From Myxococcota bacterium (GTDB taxonomy: Bacteria > Myxococcota > JACRCW01), in assembly GCA_040752415.1 (NCBI GenBank), contig JBFMGU010000129.1:1-30016 (forward strand): a stretch of 30,016 bases of DNA, written 5' to 3'. The position numbers and the translations under genes are program-made. Each line of letters begins with the position of its first letter. Position 1 is the first letter of the stretch. Positions 15,605 to 24,902 of the stretch are shown here, piece after piece. The notes beneath the pieces are model-generated. The model was not told the DNA's origin. It made no database searches and was given only the letters and a program-made list of their open reading frames with translations.

Positions 15605-17625
15605 TCTCCGAGGCCACTCCCCTCCACCCTGAAGGCGAGCGCGTGGCCCTGGCGGCCCGGCTGGCCCAGGAACCCGTTGAGCAGGCCCTCCCCGGTCTCC
15701 TGGACCTGCTGGAGGACGAGAGCTGGCGTGTCCGCAGTGCCGCTGTGGAAGCGCTGAGCGCGCTGCAGCCGGCCGCGGAGATCGTGGAGCGGATCCTGGA
15801 GCGCCTGCTGGCCCATCCCGACGTGGGCCACCGCAACGCGGCGTTCAGCGCGCTGTCCCGCATGGGGCGGCCCGCGGTGTTCGCGCTGATGGGGCTGCTC
15901 AAGGACGCGGCGGAGGACCTGCGCAAGTTCGCCGTGGACGCGCTGGGCGTGATGGGGGATCCCGTCTGTGCTCCGTCCGTGGCGGAGGCCCTGCGCGACC
16001 CGGATGCCAACGTGCGCGCCGCGGCGGCGGAGGCGCTGGGCCGCGTGGGCGGTGCGGCGGCGGCCAGCGCACTGCGCGCCAGGCTGGACCCCAATCCGCC
16101 CACCGATCCCCTCGAGCTCTCGTGCGTGCTGGGGGGACTGGCGCGGCTGCGCGAGACCGTGCCGTTTGATCGGCTGGTGCGCTTCGTGGCGGATCCCATG
16201 ACGCGCGCTTCCGCGTTGGCGCTGGCGGTCCACTGCACGGAAGCCGAGGCGGTGACGACGGTGGCGGAGGCCCTGGCGGGTCGCAGCGCCAGTGCGCGGG
16301 AGGCCTGTGTGCGCGCGCTCCTGGGCGCCGGTCCGCGCAGTCCGGTGGCGCAGGCGCTGATGGCGCAACCGGAAAGGCGTGGCGTGATTCTGCGTGCCGC
16401 GGAGGCCTTGCTGGACGCGCGGGAGGAGGACACGGCGCTGGCCGGAGCGGCCGTGGCGGCGTGGGTGGCCACCCCGGAGACGGCGTCGTTGTTGCTGCGG
16501 CGACGTCGGGGGCGGCCGTGGGACGTGGTGATTGCCCAGGCGCTGGAGTCGGGTGGCGTGGATGCGCGCCTGGAGGTTGCCCGCTCCCTGGCCGAGATGG
16601 AGCCGGAGGACCAGGCCCTGGCGTTGGACCTGCTCGCCGAGCGCCCCGACGCGCGCACCGCGCCGTTCCTTCAGTCCCTGTGTCAACACGCCGTGGGTGA
16701 GCTGCTGGAGGGTGCGGCCGGTGCGCTGCTGGGCGCGGATCCCGGCGCCGCGGTGACTCCGCTGGTGGCGCGGCTGGTGGACCCGCTGTGTGAGCCGGAG
16801 GACGCGGGTGTCGTCGAGCGGGCGCTGCTGCAGCTGGTGGCCGGGCATGCCGCGGCGCTGCGGGAGGCGTTGCGCCCGACGGTGGAGCGGGGTGGGGAAG
16901 GGCTGGCGCGCGCGGCCGCGGTGCTGGCGCAGACCGCCACCGTCGACGACGTGGCGCTTCTCAAGGGGTGGCTCCGCGGCCCGGACCCCATCCTGCGCAC
17001 CGCGGCGTGCCAGGGCCTCTCCCGCGTGGGCGCGCCCGAGGACGCGGAGCTGCTGTTGCATGCTCTCTCCGACGAGAGCGCGACCGTCCGAAGGGCCGCG
17101 GCCCTGGGATTGCCCACGCTGGGAGGGCCGGCGGCAGCGTTGGCGCTGGCGGCGCGGGTCCAGGATGACGACGCCACGGTGATGGGGGCCGCGCTGCACG
17201 GGCTCTCCCTCATCTCACCGGCGCGTGCCGCGGAGCTTGCGCTGTGGAAGGTCTCCAACCCCCTCCCGCGGGTGGCGGAGGTGGCGCTGGAAGCCGCCGA
17301 GCGCATGGGCGGCGTGACGGCGTTGGCGGCGGGCGCGCGTGCCATGGGCAGCGACGAGCTCACCGTGGTGCGGGCCGCCTTGCGCGCCCTGGCCGCTTCG
17401 GGATTGCCGCAGGCCGCGGCGTTGACCATTCCGCTGCTCAAGGACCCGCGCTGGGAGGTCCGTCACGCCGCGGCGCAGGCGCTGGGCAAGCTGATGTCGT
17501 CACATGCGGCTCCCGAGGACACGCGGGCCCGCATCCAGGAGACCGCCAGCGCGGAGCGCAACAGTCTGGTCAAGGAAGCCCTTCAGTACGCCCTGGACGG
17601 GGGCACGGCGGAGAACGCGTGCTGA
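15601..17625 (+). CDS. HEAT/PBS-lyase repeat protein
   Basis: Repeated motifs DESWRVRSAAVEAL, DPDANVRAAAAEALG, DESATVRRAAA and DPRWEVRHAAAQALG. Confidence 0.92.
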   Translation: MISEATPLHPEGERVALAARLAQEPVEQALPGLLDLLEDESWRVRSAAVEALSALQPAAEIVERILERLLAHPDVGHRNAAFSALSRMGRPAVFALMGLLKDAAEDLRKFAVDALGVMGDPVCAPSVAEALRDPDANVRAAAAEALGRVGGAAAASALRARLDPNPPTDPLELSCVLGGLARLRETVPFDRLVRFVADPMTRASALALAVHCTEAEAVTTVAEALAGRSASAREACVRALLGAGPRSPVAQALMAQPERRGVILRAAEALLDAREEDTALAGAAVAAWVATPETASLLLRRRRGRPWDVVIAQALESGGVDARLEVARSLAEMEPEDQALALDLLAERPDARTAPFLQSLCQHAVGELLEGAAGALLGADPGAAVTPLVARLVDPLCEPEDAGVVERALLQLVAGHAAALREALRPTVERGGEGLARAAAVLAQTATVDDVALLKGWLRGPDPILRTAACQGLSRVGAPEDAELLLHALSDESATVRRAAALGLPTLGGPAAALALAARVQDDDATVMGAALHGLSLISPARAAELALWKVSNPLPRVAEVALEAAERMGGVTALAAGARAMGSDELTVVRAALRALAASGLPQAAALTIPLLKDPRWEVRHAAAQALGKLMSSHAAPEDTRARIQETASAERNSLVKEALQYALDGGTAENAC

Positions 17626-18521
17626 CCACCGCCCAGGTCCCCATGACATTGGAGGAGTTCCGACTCTTCCGGACCCTGCTGCTGAGCTCGGCAGGCCTGT
17701 CATTCGACGAGGGGGCGAAGGACCGCCTGGAGCGCCGGCTGCAGGAGCGCCTGCAGGTCACGGGCTGCCGCGACTTCACCGACTACTACCTCAAGCTCCG
17801 CCACGGCGTGGACGGTGCCGCCGAACTGGAGCGGATGCTGGAGAACTGCGTCACGCACGAGACGTACTTCTTCCGTGAGCCGCGCCAGCTGCGCGCGCTG
17901 GACGAGGAGATCATCCCGGAGATCGTCGGGAAGGTTGAGCGGGACAGGTTGCGGCGCAGGCTCCGCATCTGGAGCGCGGGATGTTCCAGCGGTGAGGAAG
18001 CGTACACGCTGGCCATCATGCTCCTGCGCCATCCGCTGCTGCGCGGCTGGGAGCTGGAGGTGGTGGGGACGGACCTTTCCCGTCGGGCGCTGGCGCGCGC
18101 TCGCCGTGCCGTCTACGGGCGCAGCAGCTTCCGTGACATCGACCCGGCGCTCCTGGAGCGCTACTTCACGCCGCTGTCCGGCGCGGAGGCGGGCAACCAC
18201 GAGGTGAAACCGGAAGTGCGCGCGCTGGTCACGCTGGGGCGCGTGAACCTCTGGGCCGACGGCGAGGTGTGCACGGTGGGGCGCCTCGACGTCATCCTGT
18301 GTCGCAACGTGCTCATCTACTTTGACCGTGAAGGAAAACGGAAGGTGATCGAAAGCTTCCACGAGCGGCTCAAGCCCGGCGGCTACCTCCTGCTGGGCCA
18401 CAGCGAGAATCTCCTTCACGTCGCCACGCGCTTCGAGACCGTTTCCCTGGCGCATGACCTGGTCTACCGGCGCAACGCTCCTGATCCCTTCGCCGACGCG
18501 CCACCTCGAGGTCGTCCATGA
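17619..18521 (+). CDS. cheR: Protein-glutamate O-methyltransferase CheR
   Basis: THETYFFRE, IWSAGCSSGEEAYT, GTDLS, DVILCRNVLIYF and LGHSE; start GTG 17619 (or ATG 17643). Confidence 0.95.
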   Translation: MLTTAQVPMTLEEFRLFRTLLLSSAGLSFDEGAKDRLERRLQERLQVTGCRDFTDYYLKLRHGVDGAAELERMLENCVTHETYFFREPRQLRALDEEIIPEIVGKVERDRLRRRLRIWSAGCSSGEEAYTLAIMLLRHPLLRGWELEVVGTDLSRRALARARRAVYGRSSFRDIDPALLERYFTPLSGAEAGNHEVKPEVRALVTLGRVNLWADGEVCTVGRLDVILCRNVLIYFDREGKRKVIESFHERLKPGGYLLLGHSENLLHVATRFETVSLAHDLVYRRNAPDPFADAPPRGRP

Positions 18522-19567
18522 CGGCGTCGTTCCGAGTGCTGGTGGTGGATGACTCGCCCACCAACCGCGTCAACATCAGCAACATCCTCCAGACCGACCC
18601 GCGTCTCGTCGTGGCGGCCCGCGCCGGCGACGGACAGGAGGCCATCCGCGCCGTCAATGAGTACCAGCCCGACGTCATCACGCTGGACCTGGAGATGCCG
18701 CGCATGGACGGGTTCACGTTCCTGCGCATCCTGCAGAGCTCGCGGCCCACGCCGGTCATCGTGGTCAGCACGGACAGCCGGCCGCATTCGGTGTTCCAGG
18801 CCCTGGAGCTGGGCGCGGTCGACTTCGTGGTCAAGCCGGTCCACGGCGGCGTCACGGTCCTGCATGAGGCCGCGGACGAGCTGCGCGACAAGGTCCTGGC
18901 CTCCGCGCTCTACGCGGGACGGCTCACCGGCAACGAGGTGGTGCAGGAGAAGGAGATCACGCAGGCGCGTCGCTCCGGCATCAAGTGCGTGGCGGTGGCG
19001 GCCAGCACCGGCGGTCCCCCCGTGGTGCAGGCGTTCCTGGAGAGCTTCTCGGAGCCGCCGCCGTTCTCCATCGTGGTGGCGCAGCACATGCCGGCGCGTT
19101 TCACGGAAGCGTTGGCGGAGCGGCTGGCGAAGCGGATGCGGTTCCCGGTGGCGGAACTGAAGCAGGCCGAGAAGGTGGTGCCAGGCCGCGCGTACATCTG
19201 CCCGGGTGGGCTCATCACCGCGGTCAAGAACGTGGGCAATGACGTCGTGGCGCGCCTCTCGCCCCCCGCCGCGGAACGCTACTCGCCCAGCGCGGACATC
19301 CTGCTGACCAGCGTGGCCGAGGTGTTCAAGACGGAAGCCGCCGCCGTGGTCTGCACCGGCATGGGCAACGACGGAGCGGAAGGCGCGCAGAAGGTGGAAC
19401 GCGTGGGCGGTCGCGTGTTCGTGGAAGCGCCGCAGACCGCCGTGCTCCCCACCATGCCCCAGGCCACCCTCGACGCGTGCGCCACCGCCCGACCCATGCG
19501 CAAGGACGCGCTGTGCCGCTACTTCAGCAACGCGGCCAAGGCGCTGGCGGCGCAGCAGAAGCCCTGA
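18518..19567 (+). CDS. cheB: Protein-glutamate methylesterase CheB (REC plus methylesterase)
   Basis: REC VDDS/LDLEMP/KP; catalytic ASTGGP, QHMP and TGMGNDG. Confidence 0.95.
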   Translation: MTASFRVLVVDDSPTNRVNISNILQTDPRLVVAARAGDGQEAIRAVNEYQPDVITLDLEMPRMDGFTFLRILQSSRPTPVIVVSTDSRPHSVFQALELGAVDFVVKPVHGGVTVLHEAADELRDKVLASALYAGRLTGNEVVQEKEITQARRSGIKCVAVAASTGGPPVVQAFLESFSEPPPFSIVVAQHMPARFTEALAERLAKRMRFPVAELKQAEKVVPGRAYICPGGLITAVKNVGNDVVARLSPPAAERYSPSADILLTSVAEVFKTEAAAVVCTGMGNDGAEGAQKVERVGGRVFVEAPQTAVLPTMPQATLDACATARPMRKDALCRYFSNAAKALAAQQKP

Positions 19568-19643
19568 GTCGCTCCAACACCGCTGCACACCGCGCGTGCT
19601 CTGCCGAGGCCGGCGCGTGGCAGGGAGAGGTGACTGTCGGAGC

Positions 19644-19805
19644 GGCAGTGACGGCTCTTGGCGGCGGAATCGCAGACAAGAATGGCTGCGCCACGGTCCA
19701 TTGCTTCGACCATCAAGGCCTCGTGAGGTCACGACATCGACGGCTCAATTCCTTGTGGCGCAGCCATTCTTGCCTGCGATTCCGCCGCCAGGTGCCATCA
19801 CTTCC
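19644..19805. repeat. Long inverted repeat (REP/REPIN-like) between convergent genes
   Basis: 19659-19694 and 19755-19790 are 36-bp reverse complements with 1 mismatch, separated by 60 bp; ~15 bp of imperfect outward extension. Confidence 0.85.
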
Positions 19806-19949
19806 CCCGGTCAACATGAATGGGACCGCCGCACGCCGCCGGAGCGGGCACCGGAGACGGTTCTCCCCAGGCGGGCCCGCTGAAACACCAACGCCCCGGT
19901 CCGCGAGGTGCAGAGCCGGGGCGTGGGAGTTTCCGTCGAGAAGCGCGGG

Positions 19950-21893
19950 TCAGGTCTTCACCAGCTCCAGCTGGCCCGCCGGCGTCGCCTCACGCTTCAC
20001 CACGATCTTCTGGACCTGCAGCTCGCTGAGCTTCTGGCCCTTGGCGGTGAGCCCGCACGGCTCCAGGGTGGCCAGGTCAAAGCTGACCTCCTGCGGGTTC
20101 TTCTGGCGGCCGGTGGGCGGGACCGTGAGGATGACCGTGCCGTCGGTAGCCTGGCTCAGGTCCTCGATCTTGCCGGTGCGGTCCTTGATGAGCTCGTACT
20201 CCTTGTCCTTGATGAAGGACTGAATCACCGAGCGCTTGGCCCACGCCACCTTCTGCTTGTCCCGGTAGACGATGGTGAACGGGAAGCCCTTCTCGGCGTC
20301 GAAGAGCTCCATGTACAGGACCTTGCCCTCCAGCAGCGTCTTCTCCGGCGGGCTCATCACCTTGTAGACACCGTTCTGGAAGATCACGAGGATCTTGTCG
20401 TACTCGCTGCAGCGCAGCTCCTTGGCGCCGCCACGCACGCTGGTGCCAAAGAAGCCCGTCTCCGGGTCGTAACCCACCTTCAGGTTCGCCAGCGCCACCG
20501 CCTTCTTGTCGATGGTGGTGAACGTCTGGATCTTCGTCCTGCGCGGGAACTTCTCCGCGTGCTTCTTGAGCACACTCTCAATCCAGTGGATCGTCGTCTC
20601 GGTGAGCCGCTTGAGCTTGTTGTTGACGCTCTTGATGTTCGCGGCAACCTCTTCCAGGTCCTTGCGGTTCTTGTTGATGTCGTACTGGCTGATGCGCTTG
20701 ATGCGGAGCTCCAGCAGCTTGGCCACGTCGGCGTCCACCATGGGCCGCACGAAGTTGGCGCTGAACGGCTTCATGCCCGCGTAGACTTCCTTGGTGACCT
20801 GCTCCTCGGTGGTGGCCTTCTCGATCCGCTTGTACACGCGGTTCTCGATGAAGATCTGCTCCAGGGTCAGGTAGTGGCGCTTGTCCTCGAGGTTCTTGAG
20901 CTCGTGCTCCAGCTCAGCCTTGATCTGCTGCTTCAGCTGGTCGGTGAGGAACTGCAGGATCTCCGTGACCGTCACCTCCACCGGCTTCCGGTCGCGGATG
21001 ACCACGATGTTGCTGTTCACGCTGACTTCGCAGTCCGTGTACGCGAACAGCTGCGGGATGACCTCGTCCGCGTAGTGGCCGCGGGAGAGGCTCAGCTCGA
21101 TCTCCGCGTCGGCGCCGGTGCGGTCGGTGATCTCGCTGATCTTCACCTTGCCCTTGGCCACCGCGCTCTCAATGGAGGCCATCAGGCTCTCCGTCGTCGT
21201 GCCAAACGGGATCTCGCGGATGACCACCTTCTTGTCGCCCACCGACTCGATGCGGGCGCGCAGCTTCACCTTGCCCTTGCCGTCCGCGTACTCGCTGACG
21301 TCCATCAGGCCGCCCTGCGGGAAGTCCGGGTAGCAGGCCGCCTTCTCGCCGCGCAGCAGCGCAATCTGGGCGCGCAGGAGCTCACCAAAGTTGTGCGGGA
21401 GGATGGTGGTGGCCATGCCCACCGCAATGCCTTCCGTGCCCAGCAGGAGCACCACCGGCACCTTGGCGGGCAGCGCCTCCGGCTCCTCGTTGCGGCCGTC
21501 GTAGGAGGGCAGGAACTTGGTCAGCGCCGGGTTGAACAGCGTGTCCTTGGCCAGCTGCGTGAGCCGACACTCGATGTAACGCGGTGCCGCGGCCCCGTCG
21601 CCGGTGAGCAGGTTGCCGAAGTTGCCCTGCCGCTCGATGAAGTATTCCTTGTTGGCCAGCACCACCAGCGCGTCGCCAATGGAGGCGTCACCGTGCGGGT
21701 GCAGCTTCATGCACTCGCCAATGACATTGGCCACCTTCATGAACTTCCCGTCATCCATGTTGAACAGCGTGTGCAGGATGCGGCGCTGCACCGGCTTGCA
21801 GCCGTCGCGGATGTCCGGGATGGCTCGGTCCACCACCACGTAGGAGGCGTACTCGAGGAAGTTCTGCCGCATGAGTGGTTCAAGGTACGTCAT
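19950..21893 (-). CDS. parC: DNA topoisomerase IV subunit A (short type)
   Basis: [26 protein letters not shown], catalytic AAPRYIE, GIAVG and PDFPQG; 647 aa; no GyrA-box seen. Confidence 0.9.
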   Translation of the reverse strand: MTYLEPLMRQNFLEYASYVVVDRAIPDIRDGCKPVQRRILHTLFNMDDGKFMKVANVIGECMKLHPHGDASIGDALVVLANKEYFIERQGNFGNLLTGDGAAAPRYIECRLTQLAKDTLFNPALTKFLPSYDGRNEEPEALPAKVPVVLLLGTEGIAVGMATTILPHNFGELLRAQIALLRGEKAACYPDFPQGGLMDVSEYADGKGKVKLRARIESVGDKKVVIREIPFGTTTESLMASIESAVAKGKVKISEITDRTGADAEIELSLSRGHYADEVIPQLFAYTDCEVSVNSNIVVIRDRKPVEVTVTEILQFLTDQLKQQIKAELEHELKNLEDKRHYLTLEQIFIENRVYKRIEKATTEEQVTKEVYAGMKPFSANFVRPMVDADVAKLLELRIKRISQYDINKNRKDLEEVAANIKSVNNKLKRLTETTIHWIESVLKKHAEKFPRRTKIQTFTTIDKKAVALANLKVGYDPETGFFGTSVRGGAKELRCSEYDKILVIFQNGVYKVMSPPEKTLLEGKVLYMELFDAEKGFPFTIVYRDKQKVAWAKRSVIQSFIKDKEYELIKDRTGKIEDLSQATDGTVILTVPPTGRQKNPQEVSFDLATLEPCGLTAKGQKLSELQVQKIVVKREATPAGQLELVKT

Positions 21894-21951
21894 GGTCGTG
21901 CGGTTCCTTCAGTTGCGTTGATGTCGACGAGGAACGGGGCAGGGCGCAGCG

Positions 21952-23766
21952 TCAGGGCAGCTCATAGATGAGGTTGTTGACGATGAACTCCTTGCGCTCC
22001 GGCGTGTTCTTGCCCATGTAGAACTGCAGCGCCTGGGTCACTTCCGTCATGGACGCAATGGTGACCGGCAGGATGCGCATGTCCTCGCCAATGAACTGGC
22101 CGAACTCCTTGGGGCTGATTTCTCCCAGTCCCTTGAAGCGCGTGACCTCGGGGTTCTTGATCTCCTTCATCGCCGTGTCGCGCTCCGCCTCGCTGTAGCA
22201 GTAGCGCGTGGTCTGCTTGTTGCGGACGCGGAAGAGCGGCGTCTCCAGGATGTACACGTGACCGCGGGTCACCAGCTCCTCGAAGAAGCGGAGGAAGTAG
22301 GTGAGCAGCAGGTTGCGGATGTGCATCCCGTCCACGTCGGCGTCGGTGGCGATGATGACCTTGTTGTAGCGGAGCCCGTCCAGCCCGTTCTCGATGCCGA
22401 GCATGGACATGATGTTGTAGAGCTCCTCGTTCTTGTAGACGGTGTCCTTGCCCAGGCCAAAGCAGTTCAGGGGCTTGCCCTTGATGGTGAAGATGGCCTG
22501 CGTGTTCACGTCCCGACACTGCACCAGCGACCCACCCGCCGAGTCACCCTCGGTGATGAACACGCTGGTCTCCTCCCGACGCTTCTCCGTCTGGTCGTGG
22601 AAGTGGACCTTGCAGTCGCGCAGCTTGGGGATGCGCAGGGCCACGCTCTTGGCGCGCTCGCGGGCTTCCTTCTTGATCTTGGCCAGCTCAGTGCGGATGC
22701 GCTCATTGGTGCGCACCTTGTCCAGCAGCTTCTGCGCCGTCTCCGGGTTGGCGTGCAGCCAGCGCTCCACCGCCTCGCGCACCGCGTTCATGACAATGGG
22801 CCGCACCTCGGCGCTGCCCAGCTTGTTCTTGGTCTGGCTCTCGAAGACGGGGTCCTGCAGCTTGATGCTGATGGCGCCAATGATGCCTTCGCGCACGTCC
22901 TCACCGGCAAAGTTCTTCCCGGCAAAGTCGTTGACGCCCTTGAGCAGGCCCTCGCGGAACGCGGACTGATGCGTGCCGCCGTCATTGGTGTACTGCCCGT
23001 TGACGAAGCTGAAGTACGTCTCGCCGTACGTGTTGGTGTGCGTGAAGGCGAACTCGACCTTGGCTTCCTTGTGGTGGAAGACCTCGTAGTGCACCGGCTC
23101 CTGGCCAATCTCCGCCTCCAGGAGGTCCTGCAGGCCGTTCTTGGAGAGGAACGTCTGGCCGTTGTACGTGATGGTCAGGCCGGAGTTCAGGTAGCAGTAG
23201 TAGTTCAGCCGCTTGGCAATGAAGTCATCCTGCCAGGTGAACTTCTTGAAGATCTCCGGGTCCGGCGTGAACTGGACGAAGGTGCCGTTGGGCTCCTTGC
23301 TCTTGCCGCTCTCGTCCTTCACCAGCTTGCCGCGCTCAAACAGGCCACGACGGAACTGTCCGTCGCGGTAGCTGACGACCTCGAAGCGCTCGCTCAGGGC
23401 GTTGACGGCCTTGGTGCCCACGCCGTTGAGGCCCACGCTGAACTGGAAGACGTCGTCATTGTATTTGCCGCCGGTGTTGATCTGGCTGACGCAGTCAATG
23501 ACCTTCCCCAGCGGAATGCCGCGACCGTAGTCGCGCACGCTGACGGTGTTCTCCTGGCGGAGGATGTCGACCTTTTTGCCCTCCCCCATGATGAACTCGT
23601 CAACCGAGTTGTCCACCACTTCCTTGAGGAGGACGTAGATGCCGTCGGCGGGGTGGGTCCCGTCGCCAATGCGGCCGATGTACATGCCGGTGCGCAGCCG
23701 GATGTGGCTGAGCGGGTCCAGCGTCTTGATGGCGTCTTCGTTGTAGGCAACTTTCGACTTGGCCAT
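21952..23766 (-). CDS. parE: DNA topoisomerase IV subunit B
   Basis: GMYIG, EVVDNSVDE, DYGRGIP, GLNGVG, FESQTK, EGDSA, TDADVDG and RFKGLGE; 604 aa. Confidence 0.9.
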   Translation of the reverse strand: MAKSKVAYNEDAIKTLDPLSHIRLRTGMYIGRIGDGTHPADGIYVLLKEVVDNSVDEFIMGEGKKVDILRQENTVSVRDYGRGIPLGKVIDCVSQINTGGKYNDDVFQFSVGLNGVGTKAVNALSERFEVVSYRDGQFRRGLFERGKLVKDESGKSKEPNGTFVQFTPDPEIFKKFTWQDDFIAKRLNYYCYLNSGLTITYNGQTFLSKNGLQDLLEAEIGQEPVHYEVFHHKEAKVEFAFTHTNTYGETYFSFVNGQYTNDGGTHQSAFREGLLKGVNDFAGKNFAGEDVREGIIGAISIKLQDPVFESQTKNKLGSAEVRPIVMNAVREAVERWLHANPETAQKLLDKVRTNERIRTELAKIKKEARERAKSVALRIPKLRDCKVHFHDQTEKRREETSVFITEGDSAGGSLVQCRDVNTQAIFTIKGKPLNCFGLGKDTVYKNEELYNIMSMLGIENGLDGLRYNKVIIATDADVDGMHIRNLLLTYFLRFFEELVTRGHVYILETPLFRVRNKQTTRYCYSEAERDTAMKEIKNPEVTRFKGLGEISPKEFGQFIGEDMRILPVTIASMTEVTQALQFYMGKNTPERKEFIVNNLIYELP

Positions 23767-24038
23767 GAGCGTTCCTGGTCAAACGGACTGCTGCAATACC
23801 GATTTGTCACCGACCCTGCACAGCCACGGCCCGACCCGCAGGTCGACCTGGAACGTGGATGCGCGGGGCGCGGACTTAGATCATGAACTGCCCGCCGTTG
23901 GGAAGGGGCGAGCGGCAGCATGCCCGCAAACGGATCCGGGAGCACGTTCCTCCTGCGTGGACTGCGGCGCAGTTCGTGGCGGTTCTTCCACGTCGGGAGC
24001 GGGGACCGGGGCGTGGTGCCACGTCCAGATGGATCCGT

Positions 24039-24752
24039 TCACTCCAGCAGATCCGGCACGCCGTCCCCGTCACGGATCCCGTTGGAGTCGGGGAGGGCGC
24101 CCAGGGTCTGGCCCGCGTCCAGGAGCCCGTCTCCGTCGGCGTCCGAGTCATTGTCGTCGGTGACGCCGTCGTTGTCGTCGTCACCGTCGGCCAGGTCGTT
24201 GATGCCGTCGCCGTCCACGTCGGAGAGGGCCAGCGGGTTGAACTCATGCTGGACCAGCAGCCGCGCGTACGACGTCCCCCACAACTCCCTGCTCACCCAC
24301 AACATCTGGCCCAGGTCCACGTTGGCCGGACCGGGATGCACGCGGTTGGTCACGCCGCCCACGCCGTTGCCCCATTCCAGCGTCATCACCAGCATGCCCA
24401 GCGCGGTGGGGTCCTGCCGCGGCGTCTGCACGAACAGGCTGTAGCTTTGGTCATTGGGGACGGAGACGAACAGCTCATGGCCCAGCAGTCCGTCGTCGGA
24501 CACGTCGGAGAGCAGGGCGTCCTGCGCGCGGCCGATGTGCACGTCATCCATGACAATGGCGCCGTTCTCCACGCGCACCGCCACCAATTGCAGCGCGCCG
24601 CGACCTCCCTGCATGGACGCGCTCGGGGTCTGCGGGTCCGTGGGAATGAAGGCCATGCGGATGGTGCGCATGTTGGTGGGCTCCGGTGAGGGGCGGAAAT
24701 CCGGACCGCACGCGGTGAGCGTGAATCCAAGCAGAAGGCCCAGCCTGCGCAT
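24039..24752 (-). CDS. Lipoprotein with an Asp-rich Ca-binding-like C-terminus
   Basis: Lipobox MRRLGLLLGFTLTAC; GGAGG RBS; DVDGDG, DDDNDG, DADGDG and DGDGVPD repeats. Confidence 0.8.
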   Translation of the reverse strand: MRRLGLLLGFTLTACGPDFRPSPEPTNMRTIRMAFIPTDPQTPSASMQGGRGALQLVAVRVENGAIVMDDVHIGRAQDALLSDVSDDGLLGHELFVSVPNDQSYSLFVQTPRQDPTALGMLVMTLEWGNGVGGVTNRVHPGPANVDLGQMLWVSRELWGTSYARLLVQHEFNPLALSDVDGDGINDLADGDDDNDGVTDDNDSDADGDGLLDAGQTLGALPDSNGIRDGDGVPDLLE

Positions 24753-24902
24753 GGCGTCCTCCGTGGTGATGGGTTGTAGGCGGCGCGCACGGCGTCATCA
24801 GGCGGGCTGCTTGCGCGGGGGAGCTTGTTGTAGGGTCCGCCGGCCCATGCGTTCCCACCGTTCCCTCCTCGTCCCAGTCCACGTCCTCAAGGTTCACGCC
24901 GC

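Noticed and set aside
17520..17560. MCP-like methylation site (IQETASA) near the HEAT protein C-terminus
   Set aside because: Only a partial match to the consensus and expected by chance in an Ala/Glu-rich protein
19477..20223. ORFs spanning the cheB-parC intergenic region
   Set aside because: They translate the inverted repeat (similar peptides on both strands) and overlap real genes
19908..23886. Plus-strand 687-aa and 542-aa ORFs; alternative gyrA/gyrB call for the minus-strand genes
   Set aside because: The plus ORFs are antisense shadows; the short A subunit with no GyrA-box favours topo IV over gyrase
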